Positions 10,006-19,884 of a stretch of 64,000 bases of DNA are shown here, piece by piece. Made by a program: the position numbers and the translations under genes. Under the pieces are notes generated by a model that saw only the letters and a list, made by a program, of their open reading frames with translations, was not told the DNA's origin and searched no databases. This DNA is from an uncultured delta proteobacterium (lineage in GTDB: Bacteria > Desulfobacterota > Desulfomonilia > UBA1062): the NCBI GenBank assembly GCA_963785235.1, contig CAWAUM010000012.1:64001-128000 (forward strand), given 5' to 3'. Position 1 is the first letter of the stretch; each line of letters starts with the position of its first letter.

Positions 10006-11391
10006 TTACCCTCCTTTCTTATATGCAAGCGCCTTGGTTATATCCAAAGAACAAAGCTTTGGAAAAAGTTCATTCTCTGCTTTTAAACGGTCGTCTTCCG
10101 ATGCACTAGGCGATGTAAGACACTGGTAATATGCCTCGATCACCTCTGCAATCCACAAAGGCGATTCCCACTTCTCCAGATGGATCTCGTTAATGAGTGC
10201 ATAGAGCTCTTCCACAATGGGCCGGGCAATGTCCGGCCGCTCGGCCATGAGCGCGAGCTTTGCCATCATGAGCCGGTACCGGTTCTTCTGCCTGGGAGAC
10301 GTCGCACTGCCCGAGGCGGAGAGTAACTGGGTGAGCGCAGGATTGATGCCCGATGATGTCAGGGTATCCTGGGCAGTCTGCCATACGGCATCCTCAAAGG
10401 ATGCCTGGTCGGTGTACTGTACCGCCGGGGCAACGAACTGCCTGACCTCTGTGGGAGGCTGCTGGACGCTTTGGGATGCCATCTGCTCCTCCTGCTTGGC
10501 TTTAGGTGCCTTTCCTTTCTTGGGCTTTTCAGGCTCGGGGGCGGCCTCGGGTTGGGCCTGGGGCGCAGGGGCCGGTATTTCGCGGCCACCCCTGTCCTTC
10601 AGAATCGTACCCACAACACGCTGGCAGTCCTCACAGGTCTTCTGAAGGTCGGATAGCCTTGGCGCATCGCGGCCGAACTTCTCGTCCACCACGGCATCGA
10701 GCCTGCCGTAGGCTGCAATGCATGCATCTATGTCATCTGCGAGCTTCAGGTAGAAGTCCTTGGATGACTGGCTTGCCGCCGTGTCAAAGGTCTCGGCCGG
10801 GATCCTGCCCTCGGCAATGTGCTCCTGGCGGACGCGCATCTTGTTCTCATCCGTGTCGCCCCACTGGTTCTTGGTGTCTTTCTCATAGCCCACCTGGCGG
10901 GATTCCTGCCACCTGTTCCAGGAAAAGCCCTCTGATGCCTTCTCGTCCGTCAGGGGTATCTCCCGGATGGAGTGCGATACCTTGTCGTTGAGGAACTCCA
11001 GCGGGCCTGAGCGGTATTCCAGGTCGCCGTCTTCGGCCAAGGGGTAGACATGGTCCCAGAAATCGCGGATGAAACTATCCAGGATGATAAGGCCTGCGTT
11101 CAGACCCGCAAAACCCTGTTTTCTGATGAGCCCCTCTGTGAGCCAGACCGCGATCTGGATGTCCTTGGTCCTGCCGCTCAATGCCTCACTTGCAACATCG
11201 ATGACGGTCCCCCAGTCGGACCGCTTGACCTCGCGCTGCCAGTCACCCTGGTTGAGCGTATCGTCGGCGCGTCTGGCCTCCTTGATGCGCTCATAGACGT
11301 CCGTGTAGCGGACGTCCTCGCCTGCCGGGTTATCCCCGGGTATGGGTGCCAGGATGGCATTGATGTCGAACTTAACCTTGCCCATTCTCAC
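10006..11391 (-). CDS. tssA: T6SS protein TssA (ImpA_N domain plus VasJ-like C-terminus)
   Basis: LAPIPGDNPAGEDVRY, RTKDIQIAVWLTE, FWDHVYP, C-terminal LEKWESP. Confidence 0.92.
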   Translation of the reverse strand: MRMGKVKFDINAILAPIPGDNPAGEDVRYTDVYERIKEARRADDTLNQGDWQREVKRSDWGTVIDVASEALSGRTKDIQIAVWLTEGLIRKQGFAGLNAGLIILDSFIRDFWDHVYPLAEDGDLEYRSGPLEFLNDKVSHSIREIPLTDEKASEGFSWNRWQESRQVGYEKDTKNQWGDTDENKMRVRQEHIAEGRIPAETFDTAASQSSKDFYLKLADDIDACIAAYGRLDAVVDEKFGRDAPRLSDLQKTCEDCQRVVGTILKDRGGREIPAPAPQAQPEAAPEPEKPKKGKAPKAKQEEQMASQSVQQPPTEVRQFVAPAVQYTDQASFEDAVWQTAQDTLTSSGINPALTQLLSASGSATSPRQKNRYRLMMAKLALMAERPDIARPIVEELYALINEIHLEKWESPLWIAEVIEAYYQCLTSPSASEDDRLKAENELFPKLCSLDITKALAYKKGG

Positions 11392-12185
11392 GAACCTGCA
11401 AGTTCAAAATTAACTGAGCGGATTTCGAGGATGGAAACATCCGTATCGCCTATGGCGTACACGTGCTGACCCAGGCCTTTTGACAGGCCGCCGCCCATGG
11501 GCGCCCAGTCCGTGAGCCTACCGAGCTTCAGCTGGTCATCTTGCACCTCAGATGTCCCGGGGTAGATCACGGGCATGGAGCAGTTCATGGACAGCCCCTC
11601 CCAGGTGGTGATGCTCGCGGTGACCCATATGAGATCGAACGAGTCTTTGGGCTCATGGACGATGAACTCCCGTATGGCCTCAAAGGGTATCCACACATAG
11701 CGCTCGTGTACAAAGACCTCCAGGAAGGCGAAGAGCCGGGCATCGGTGTCGCTGAAACCCCCGAAGGGTTTTCCGTTGAAAGTGCCCAAGACTGCCGGCC
11801 GTGCCTCTTCTACAAGGGCGAGCTTGGCCCTGGCGTCATGGAATTTACCCGATCTCAGGGCATCAAGATAATCCAGATAATCCGGGAAGTAGTTAGGCGG
11901 CTCCGGCATGACCGAGGGCAGCTGCGAGCCCTGCATAACCTTGATCCTTTCCTGCTCCGCCTTCACGTTGTTCAGATAGGCATGGACCCCGATGGCGCGC
12001 TGCGGGTCCTGGGTGGAGATCATATCGAGATGGCGCAGGGCCTTATCCCACTCGCCGAGTAGCGATAGCACCTGGAACAGGACTGTCCTGGCGCCCACAT
12101 CCGAGGGTTTCGATTTTACCTCCTCGATCAAGACCATGCGGGCTTCGGAAAGACGGCCTGCCTTCATGAGTTCTTTTGCCGTCAT
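11388..12185 (-). CDS. tagJ: T6SS accessory protein TagJ/ImpE
   Basis: VKSKPSD...LFQVLSLLGEWDKA, DTDARL, YVWIPF, LKLGRLTDW, GLGQH. Confidence 0.9.
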   Translation of the reverse strand: MTAKELMKAGRLSEARMVLIEEVKSKPSDVGARTVLFQVLSLLGEWDKALRHLDMISTQDPQRAIGVHAYLNNVKAEQERIKVMQGSQLPSVMPEPPNYFPDYLDYLDALRSGKFHDARAKLALVEEARPAVLGTFNGKPFGGFSDTDARLFAFLEVFVHERYVWIPFEAIREFIVHEPKDSFDLIWVTASITTWEGLSMNCSMPVIYPGTSEVQDDQLKLGRLTDWAPMGGGLSKGLGQHVYAIGDTDVSILEIRSVNFELAGS

Positions 12186-12305
12186 AGCAAGTAACCTCTC
12201 AGTTTCTCTATCATAATCGTTTCAGGAAAGATACTAGTGAGTGATATGCATAAAGCCCTCGGTTCAAGGGAAAGGGCATTTTCATTTCCATCCACCGGCC
12301 ATCCA

Positions 12306-12990
12306 TCACCTGTTTCCCATGGTCCACAGGCGGTAAAAATCCGAATCGTTCAGAAACCTTGTAAATGCAACAAGGTAAGACTGCTCCGGCAGACCCCCGA
12401 TGAATACCGCATCAGGAACCGGGAGCGAGCGGGTCTTTATGCTCTTCAGCCCCTGCACGATTTCACTGCTGTGGTCCCCTGCGCCCTTGAGCCCCATGGA
12501 GAACATCCCCTCATGAGCATCAAACAAAGATCCATCGCCTTCAGGCGCTTCCGATCGGCTGCCATTCCTTTGTAAAAACCGGCGAGGGAAGACGGCCGAC
12601 ATCCGCCTTGAGCTCTTCCAGGTCGAACACCCTCCTGGTGCTGAGGAACTCGAGGCGCTCCCAGAGCCCGCCTACTATCTCGGGAAGATACACCCAGTGC
12701 TTCTCCCATCCTTCAAGCCTCCCGGTCCCCACGATCAGGAGCGGGAAGGGTCTGCCCGCACCATCGAAGCTGTCGCGAAGCAAGCCGCAGACAAGCTCCC
12801 CGGGCTGGGTTCCCCTGGCAAAAAATCTCCAGGAGTGCAGGTTCATGCCCACCGGAACCTTGGAATACCCCTCTTCGACCCACCCGTAAAGGGCGCCTGC
12901 CGAGAGCGTCTCGGGTCCGAACCTGATGTAATCCTTCACCACAGGGTGCTTGCCCCATGCGGCCCAGGTCCATGCGGCAGAAGTGTTCAC
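12306..12990 (-). CDS. tagF: TagF-like (DUF2094) T6SS regulator, frameshift near 12575
   Basis: GTG start overlaps the tssM stop; WGKHPVVKDYI and DSFDGAGRPFPL match the TagF GK and SxDxxGRxxP motifs; C-terminus lies in ORF 12306-12602. Confidence 0.8.
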
Positions 12991-15900
12991 TGGGCCGGGC
13001 ACTTCACGATCTTGTTGGGGACTGCCGTGGGCTGGCTCATGGTCGGTTTGGCCTGGTTGATGACCGCCTGGTGCCCACTGAACCGGTACTGGACCTTGAT
13101 ATACCTTATCCCCATGCCTTTGAGCTGTGCCGCCTCCTTGGGGAATTCGTCCGGCGAGAAGGTACGCGTGCCGCTGCCGAACTCCATGAGAAACTTGGCA
13201 AAGGCCTCGGGGCCTGAATAACTTTTCATGAGGGAGAGGTTGCCCACCTCGATGGAGAAGATGACGCCTCCGCACCGCTGGCTTGACCATGTGAGCACCT
13301 TTGACACGGGATAGTTCATGTTCACGATGCTCTGCTGGGAGTCCATGCACTGGAGCAGGAGTTTTGTGGCATGGGGCTGCACCCTGGCATTGTCATTGGA
13401 CTCGGTGGGAAGCCCGTTCACGGTCACGGCATTATCCGATGCTGCGGCAGCCATGGCCGTGACCGCCAGACCCACCTTTGCCCTTGAGAAGAAGCCGAGG
13501 AATGCCTGTTCGAAAGGCAGGGCCCTGCCGAAGACCTCCTTGGGGTAATAGCCCCGCTTCAGATCCCTGCCCACAAAGGGAGCCCCCGGGCCCTTGATGA
13601 ATTTGGTGGCCAGACCCTCGGGGCTGAAGAGGATCTGGTTCAGCTGCGCCGCATCGGAGATCCCCTGGATGTCCACCAGGACCTCCTTTTCCCACAGGGC
13701 CTGGAGATGGCACGCGCTTTCCTGGCAAGCATACGCAAAGAGGAAATCAAAAGGCCCGTATGCGAGCTTCCACAAGCCTTCACTCGCCGTGGCGCTCTCG
13801 GCATTCAGACGCCTGACTGCACTCTGGGCAGCCATGAAGGGTGATGCCGCCGGGTCATCGCCGAATGCCACGGATGCCCCCTGGAATGCCGCCGAGCGTG
13901 ATTTGCCCACCGATGCGGCGATTTTACCGAGTGCGCCCTGATAGTCATTGAGTGCCCTGGCTGCATTGTACCCTTGTGTTGCTGCATCCACGGCCTTTTC
14001 CTTGCCGATCTTCTCCTGGATCTTTTCCTTGAGCTTCGTTGCCGTCTCCGCAGCCTTTGCCATGGCGCCGGTCTGCAGCTGAGTTGCAACGGTCTGAGTC
14101 CTTTCGAACTCATAGACGAACTTCATCCAGTCGGGCATGGTCTCTGAGCTGAACGGCTTCAGCTCGTCGGCCATGCGTTTCAGCACGAGGAAGTACAGGC
14201 CGGAAGATGATGCGGCCTTTGCACAGAGCGTGCGCCATTCCTGGCTGCCACCCAGACGCTCCATGCCGCGTCCGAAGTTCAGGCCGAAGGCATGCCACGC
14301 CTCACAATAGGCGCTTCGGTACCAGGTGACAAACTCCGCCTTGCGCGTCGCGATGGAGGCCGGGTTGGTCAACGCGCTCTCGAGATCCAGCAGGAAGCTG
14401 TCTATCTGGCCCTTTCCCTTCAACGTGAAGGCGGGTTCCACCCTGATGTTCTCGGCCGCATTGATACTGCCCCCCCAGAAACCCTTGAGCGTGACTGCCG
14501 CCTCCGGGGAACTGGAATTGATCCACAGCGCAATCCACGCTAAATTCTGGGCCTTGTCTATAGCCTGCCCGAGAAGGTCTTCCAGGTAGGCGTTCTCCTT
14601 TTTCAGGTTCTCCACATTGTCTTCCCACAGGAGCCGGTACGAGTAGAGCTGCATGAAGGTCTTGGCGCCTTCAGGGCTCTGGCCCGCAGAACTCAGCACG
14701 ACCATGGGCCGCGTCATCAATGCGCTCAGGTCTTCCCCGGTCAGGCGCGCCTTTAGAAGGTTGATGCGGTGCACGAGATAAACGATGTATTCACCGATCC
14801 TTTGGTCGGAGGGCGCAATGCCCTTGATGTCAACGGTGAGCTGGCGATCGTAGAGGGCCAGGAACCGCTCATCGAAGAGCGTGCAGTAGTTCCTTTTCAG
14901 CCTTGCCTCGGCATCCCTGCTCTGGGAAAGTCCCAGCCTGGGTATCCACCACGATTCGTTCCTGTCGTGGACCTTGAGCACTGCGGATTTGTACCTGTTC
15001 ATGGTGTCAAGATCCGCGCCCATGTCGCCCGCCAGCACAATCGGCCTGGTGAACTCCGTCGGGAATCCCCTCATGATCCCGAGGTTCTTCACAAACGAGA
15101 AGCTCAGCATACCGCACAGCGCAATGCCAACGGCTACCCATGCAAGAAGTCCGAGATTGACCGTGAGCCTGTCCCAGGCCAGTGCCCGCCTGGTGGGCGC
15201 GAACAGGCTGCGCTCTCTGGGAAGGATTTTGGCAAAGAAATCGTGGAGGAACAGCCCCTTGCTCGTACCCGGGAGCACCTCGCGGTCTTCGATAAGGCCA
15301 AGGGCCTGCAGGAAATGCGAATACGGGGTGCCCTCCTGGCGGCCGCTGCTGAAAAAGATGCCGCGAAGCATGGGGGTTTCCTGGTATGGGTTCGCCTGGA
15401 AGGCCCCCTTCATGAAGGCCTCGCACCCGGTCTTCAGCCGTGAAAATTCTTCAGGAAACAGGAGCAGGGCCGGATCGAGGGTTCTGGTCTCGAGCCTGTG
15501 GAATATGACCAGGCGCAGCTTGGTAAGGCGCTCGGCAATGGTATGGAGCGCCCTGGCGATAAAACCCGGATAGTCTTGGGACAGATCGTGGTTGATGGCC
15601 CCGAAGGCCTGCTGGAGGACCTCGTCATCGAGCTGGCCGCAGAACTCGGTCATGCCCTGGACGAGATCGCACTTTGTCACCAGTACATAGACCGGGAACT
15701 TGCTGCCCAGCACCCGCATGAGCTCGTCGATTCTGCGCCTGATCTGCCGTCCGTCCTCTTCGATAGCCTCTACGCCTGCCTGCAGGAGCCGGTCTGCCGC
15801 AACAGCCACCACCAGTCCGTTGAGCGGCTCCTTTTTCCGGTATTTCGCCAGCAGGTTCAGGAACTTCTGCCACTCATCCCTGTCGCGGCCCTCATCTACG

Positions 15901-16433
15901 GGAATGGCATACCGTCCGGCAGTATCGATGATCACGGCCTGCTCGAAGAACCACCAGTCGCAGTTCTTTGTGCCGGAAAGCCCCGAGATCTGGGTCATCT
16001 CTGCAAAGGGGCTGCTGAGCTTGGCGCTCTTGATGGCCGTTGTCTTGCCCGAGGCGCTCTCGCCGATGACCATATACCACGGCAGCACATAGAGCGGGTT
16101 GCCGAGCTTCTTCAGATGTGAGCCCTTCAAGGCATCGACGGCCTCCTTGAAGCGGGACTGGAGGTCGGTGAACTGTTTGAGTTCATCGGCCTTGAGCGAT
16201 TTTACATAGGCATCGTCCTGTTCTACGATCCGGCTTACAAACTGCTGCTCCCTCCTTTTCATGAGGATCTGCTTGATCAGATAGACCGCAATGCCTATGC
16301 CGATCACACCAAGGAGCAGGAACAGGCCCACCCACCAGGGCCAGTTCAGCACAAGCACGATCCCGAAAATGACGAGCAGCGCCAGGAGGACCACCAGGCC
16401 GATAAGAATATATTTGAGTATTTGTTTTATCAT
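12987..16433 (-). CDS. tssM: T6SS membrane complex protein TssM/IcmF
   Basis: N-terminal TM helices, LYVLPWYMVIGESASGKTT, CDWWF...IDTAGRY, LRGIFFSSGRQEG. Confidence 0.95.
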   Translation of the reverse strand: MIKQILKYILIGLVVLLALLVIFGIVLVLNWPWWVGLFLLLGVIGIGIAVYLIKQILMKRREQQFVSRIVEQDDAYVKSLKADELKQFTDLQSRFKEAVDALKGSHLKKLGNPLYVLPWYMVIGESASGKTTAIKSAKLSSPFAEMTQISGLSGTKNCDWWFFEQAVIIDTAGRYAIPVDEGRDRDEWQKFLNLLAKYRKKEPLNGLVVAVAADRLLQAGVEAIEEDGRQIRRRIDELMRVLGSKFPVYVLVTKCDLVQGMTEFCGQLDDEVLQQAFGAINHDLSQDYPGFIARALHTIAERLTKLRLVIFHRLETRTLDPALLLFPEEFSRLKTGCEAFMKGAFQANPYQETPMLRGIFFSSGRQEGTPYSHFLQALGLIEDREVLPGTSKGLFLHDFFAKILPRERSLFAPTRRALAWDRLTVNLGLLAWVAVGIALCGMLSFSFVKNLGIMRGFPTEFTRPIVLAGDMGADLDTMNRYKSAVLKVHDRNESWWIPRLGLSQSRDAEARLKRNYCTLFDERFLALYDRQLTVDIKGIAPSDQRIGEYIVYLVHRINLLKARLTGEDLSALMTRPMVVLSSAGQSPEGAKTFMQLYSYRLLWEDNVENLKKENAYLEDLLGQAIDKAQNLAWIALWINSSSPEAAVTLKGFWGGSINAAENIRVEPAFTLKGKGQIDSFLLDLESALTNPASIATRKAEFVTWYRSAYCEAWHAFGLNFGRGMERLGGSQEWRTLCAKAASSSGLYFLVLKRMADELKPFSSETMPDWMKFVYEFERTQTVATQLQTGAMAKAAETATKLKEKIQEKIGKEKAVDAATQGYNAARALNDYQGALGKIAASVGKSRSAAFQGASVAFGDDPAASPFMAAQSAVRRLNAESATASEGLWKLAYGPFDFLFAYACQESACHLQALWEKEVLVDIQGISDAAQLNQILFSPEGLATKFIKGPGAPFVGRDLKRGYYPKEVFGRALPFEQAFLGFFSRAKVGLAVTAMAAAASDNAVTVNGLPTESNDNARVQPHATKLLLQCMDSQQSIVNMNYPVSKVLTWSSQRCGGVIFSIEVGNLSLMKSYSGPEAFAKFLMEFGSGTRTFSPDEFPKEAAQLKGMGIRYIKVQYRFSGHQAVINQAKPTMSQPTAVPNKIVKCPAQ

Positions 16434-17101
16434 GGCACGATATTGAACAAGGTGCTGCTCACATTATGGAGCACAAAGGTATAGATGAGATACAGGACAC
16501 CGAACAGCGCGACCGGAAATGCCGCCAGGAGGATGCTCATCAGGTTGAACCTCGCTGCAGCCTTGACAGGCATATTCTCAGGGTACTCAGCCGGGTAGGC
16601 CTCAGGAAACAGCTCGCCTTTCTTCAGTGAAGGAAGTCCCACCGAGGCGCCAGTGAGGACCTTGAGGTTCGAGGTCTTGAGCTGTTCCAGCAGAAATCTG
16701 TCCTCCTCGTTCCCGTAGCGCCCCTTGAAGCCCATGGCGAGGCAGAGGTAGTAGACCTCACGCACATCGTTCTGGTGGGGCCCAAGATTGTTCAGGCGGT
16801 CGAAGAAGGACTCTCCTGCATTCGTGGTCTGATAGAACTTCAACTGGAGAGGCTCTCTCGTCCAGGCGAGCCTTTCACCCCAGGTGGAATTCATGACCGC
16901 CTCGTCTATCCAGGCACAGATGGCGAACCGCGCCTGGTCATAATCATCGGAAGCGAAGTCCACGCCCTTGCGCTGGCTCTCGGTGAGGAGCTGCATGATC
17001 CTCGACCTCACCGTCTCATAGGGCGATTGCCTTTTCTGTGCGGTCTTCAGGAAATAGACCACATAGGCGGTTGTGTCCACGAACGTTTCACTCAGGTGCA
17101 T
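16430..17101 (-). CDS. tssL: T6SS protein TssL/DotU
   Basis: ARFAICAWIDE, PLQLKFY...AGESFF, EVYYLCLAMGFKGRY, C-terminal TM. Confidence 0.95.
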   Translation of the reverse strand: MHLSETFVDTTAYVVYFLKTAQKRQSPYETVRSRIMQLLTESQRKGVDFASDDYDQARFAICAWIDEAVMNSTWGERLAWTREPLQLKFYQTTNAGESFFDRLNNLGPHQNDVREVYYLCLAMGFKGRYGNEEDRFLLEQLKTSNLKVLTGASVGLPSLKKGELFPEAYPAEYPENMPVKAAARFNLMSILLAAFPVALFGVLYLIYTFVLHNVSSTLFNIVP

Positions 17102-17104
17102 AGC

Positions 17105-18487
17105 CTACCCCCTTCCCACCACCATGAGCTCCACCTTGAGGTCCTCAGGCGCCGATTCCCAGAAAAGGGCCATGTTGCGGCCCTTGATGATAGCGGCAAA
17201 CTGCTCGGAGTTATGGTCGACCTGGAAATACACTGCGTCTGCGCGGCGCGGAAGCTCCTGGGGCACACGGTCGAGGTGCGTTATGCCCGCACCGGGCAGG
17301 GCCCGTACGATGAGAATCGGCAGGTTCTCCCGCGAGCTCAGCTTGGCGCCTGTCGCCAGGGCACTCAGCACTGCCTTGGCATCCTGCGCAGTGGCCACCA
17401 TCAGATAAAACCGGTTTCTGCCCTCGAATATGGCAGGCGGCAGATCGGATGAATAATAGGTGCCGTCGTAGTTGAGCGCGAATACATACTCGGGGCCTGC
17501 GGTTATCTCGTCGAGCAGTGAGGTGATCACACTCTGGGCCCGGGAGAAACAGCCCCAGAGGTTCAGGTGGTTATACCTGGGGAGCTCGGAAGATCCGTCT
17601 ATGGTATCACCCGATACACTATACTGTTCGGAAAAGCTGGAAAGCTCACCGATGAGCTGCCTGAGCAGACCGTAGACTGTCCAGGGATGCCCTGTTGATT
17701 CGCTCAGGTGAAAGAGCTGGGGAATATAGCGGTTGAGCGACCTCAAAGCCAGGAGATAGACCATGTCACGGCTGCCGAACTCGGCGTTATGAATGCCCCT
17801 GTCGCGTTTGAATCCCTCGAGCTGGTATCCGCGCGATGCAATCTGGTCGCGGATCTCTTTCACGATCTTTTCCAGGACGCCTGCGGCATTGATGGCCAGA
17901 CTCGGTGGGATGAAGCTGCCGGAGAGCACGACTTCTTCCCCCTGCCGTTCGATCTGCGCAATGGGCATGGTCTCGTAATCGCCGAAAAAGTCTTTTTCCG
18001 TCTCCCAGAGGATCTTGAGTGCGTATTTCATCCTCCTGACCTGGGCGGAAGGTCCGCTCTCATGGAGGTCCCTGACCTCCTCCGTAGTGGCCTCAGAAAT
18101 GAAGCGGGTATTCACACCGGTCAGGTTCTCGGTCCCGCTAAGGGTGGTGACATTCTCTCCCACCGGGTTGAACCTGCGGATGCCCAGGTAGATGGTGAAC
18201 GGTTTTCCGCCGTCTACCCAGTCGCTATCGAACTTGCGCGGCTGCACTACGGCATTGTCAGGGACAACGGCATAGGTCATGTCCGGAAAGACGAATTCAC
18301 CGCTGTCGAGCTGGAAGCTCCCGGTACCCAGCGCGGCCTGCCGGATCTCCATCCTGGCCGCTCCCCAGAAATGGGGAACAAGATATTTCTGGAGCGGGGC
18401 AAGGAGCGAGGCGTGATAAAGATCGGACAACTGGAAGTGCTGTGGCTGGAGAAACAGCCCCTGATGCCATAAGAGTGGTCTTTCCAT
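17105..18487 (-). CDS. tssK: T6SS baseplate subunit TssK
   Basis: WHQGLFLQPQHFQ, FIPPSL, HPWTVYGLLRQLIGEL. Confidence 0.95.
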   Translation of the reverse strand: MERPLLWHQGLFLQPQHFQLSDLYHASLLAPLQKYLVPHFWGAARMEIRQAALGTGSFQLDSGEFVFPDMTYAVVPDNAVVQPRKFDSDWVDGGKPFTIYLGIRRFNPVGENVTTLSGTENLTGVNTRFISEATTEEVRDLHESGPSAQVRRMKYALKILWETEKDFFGDYETMPIAQIERQGEEVVLSGSFIPPSLAINAAGVLEKIVKEIRDQIASRGYQLEGFKRDRGIHNAEFGSRDMVYLLALRSLNRYIPQLFHLSESTGHPWTVYGLLRQLIGELSSFSEQYSVSGDTIDGSSELPRYNHLNLWGCFSRAQSVITSLLDEITAGPEYVFALNYDGTYYSSDLPPAIFEGRNRFYLMVATAQDAKAVLSALATGAKLSSRENLPILIVRALPGAGITHLDRVPQELPRRADAVYFQVDHNSEQFAAIIKGRNMALFWESAPEDLKVELMVVGRG

Positions 18488-18522
18488 TCTCAATCCCTTC
18501 TATGAAGATAGCATTATCCCTT

Positions 18523-19131
18523 CTATACGGATGGCCCTGATGAATCCTTTGAATCCTTCCTCTTCACCGGCTTGGTTTCCTTTTCGGGCTTTGCTTCCTT
18601 TTCCGGCTGCGGGTCCTGGAGCTGACGGGACGCAAGGATCAGACTGATATCAAGTTTGTCGGGCCTGGTGGTCTTGTTCAGCCAGAGAAATCCCGACCGT
18701 TCCGTGATCTCGGGTATCTTGTAGAGCCTGGTGATCTTTTCCTTGTCAATGGTATAGTATCCTGCCACCAGGGCAACGTACTTCGCCCCTTCCGCCCTGT
18801 CCAGCTTGATGTTCAGGTCCTTGCCGGGACTGGCCACTATCTGCTTGCTCACCGCAACACCGGCAGGGTCAAAGACCGAACATTCCAAAAGGCTGTACAG
18901 GCCGGCCCGGCTCCCGGCCAGCTGATTGAAGGCGTTGGGGCTCATGAGCTGGTAGACGCAGATCACCAGGGCATGGGCCTTCTTGTCCTTATAGTTGAGC
19001 TGCTTGTCCGCCTTGAGGTGAAGCTCTATGGCATCCTTCTCATACCCGTACTTCACCGGCTCCACAGGCGCAGATGCGCACGAGAAGATAAAAGGAGCAA
19101 GGAAGAGACATACCAGGACAGCCCTTCGCAT
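18523..19131 (-). CDS. tssJ: T6SS lipoprotein TssJ
   Basis: Lipoprotein signal MRR...IFSC, LVICVYQL, AKYVALVAGY; position upstream of tssK. Confidence 0.9.
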   Translation of the reverse strand: MRRAVLVCLFLAPFIFSCASAPVEPVKYGYEKDAIELHLKADKQLNYKDKKAHALVICVYQLMSPNAFNQLAGSRAGLYSLLECSVFDPAGVAVSKQIVASPGKDLNIKLDRAEGAKYVALVAGYYTIDKEKITRLYKIPEITERSGFLWLNKTTRPDKLDISLILASRQLQDPQPEKEAKPEKETKPVKRKDSKDSSGPSV

Positions 19132-19862
19132 TATCCACCCCCTGTTTGCGTGAATGATTTCTGGCAATTCTTCTCGAACTGCCTGAGAAAGTCCAGCAGG
19201 AAACGTTCCGATTCATACCATTTTTTCACCCGTTTGTACTTCTCTTCAAAGAGATCAAAGGACTCGGCCTTTTTCAAAGGCCCGATCTTGAAGCCGCCTC
19301 CCGCACCTTCCATACCCTTGGGATCGAGTTCGGTCATGATATGGGCCGCCATGGTGCGCGCGGCCTCCTTGGATGACTGCTGGGCAGTGAGAAAGGCCTT
19401 CTTGATCCGGCCGAGGTACTGCTCGATGGATTGCACTTCACCGTGGCCCGATAGGCTGGTGCCGATGATCTGCCTGATGGTTTCATCGCCTGCCGGATTA
19501 GCACCCAGGGTTGAATCGATCAGGCCGATGAGTTCATTGAGCATGGAGAATACGGTGTTCAGGGAATACGCCAGCCTGCTCAAGAGCTCGGGCGTGCTCA
19601 GGTCCCCGGAAATATCCCTTCCCAGGAGCAACGGCACAAGACGCTCAAGGAAATCACTACCCGGGTCTTCAGGCATCCCAGGTTGCACAGCAGGGAAAAC
19701 GTCCTCCAGCTGCTCGATGACTTCAAGGCGCCCTGCAGGGTCAAGCCCTTTGAGCTCCTGGGCAAGAAAGGCCTCGATCTTCTCCCGGGCCTGATCTGGA
19801 TTCGGGATAGAGAAGCCCCTTAGGGCATCTGCGAGGCCTTTAATGGATGGTGCCTTTGTCAT
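19131..19862 (-). CDS. TagH/Fha C-terminal-domain-like protein with no FHA domain
   Basis: AQQSSKEAAR...ELDPKGME...KKAESFDLFEEKY...FLRQFEK resembles the helical C-terminus of T6SS Fha; occupies the usual fha position before tssJ. Confidence 0.55.
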   Translation of the reverse strand: MTKAPSIKGLADALRGFSIPNPDQAREKIEAFLAQELKGLDPAGRLEVIEQLEDVFPAVQPGMPEDPGSDFLERLVPLLLGRDISGDLSTPELLSRLAYSLNTVFSMLNELIGLIDSTLGANPAGDETIRQIIGTSLSGHGEVQSIEQYLGRIKKAFLTAQQSSKEAARTMAAHIMTELDPKGMEGAGGGFKIGPLKKAESFDLFEEKYKRVKKWYESERFLLDFLRQFEKNCQKSFTQTGGG

Positions 19863-19884
19863 GGATATATTCTTATCTCCTCCG

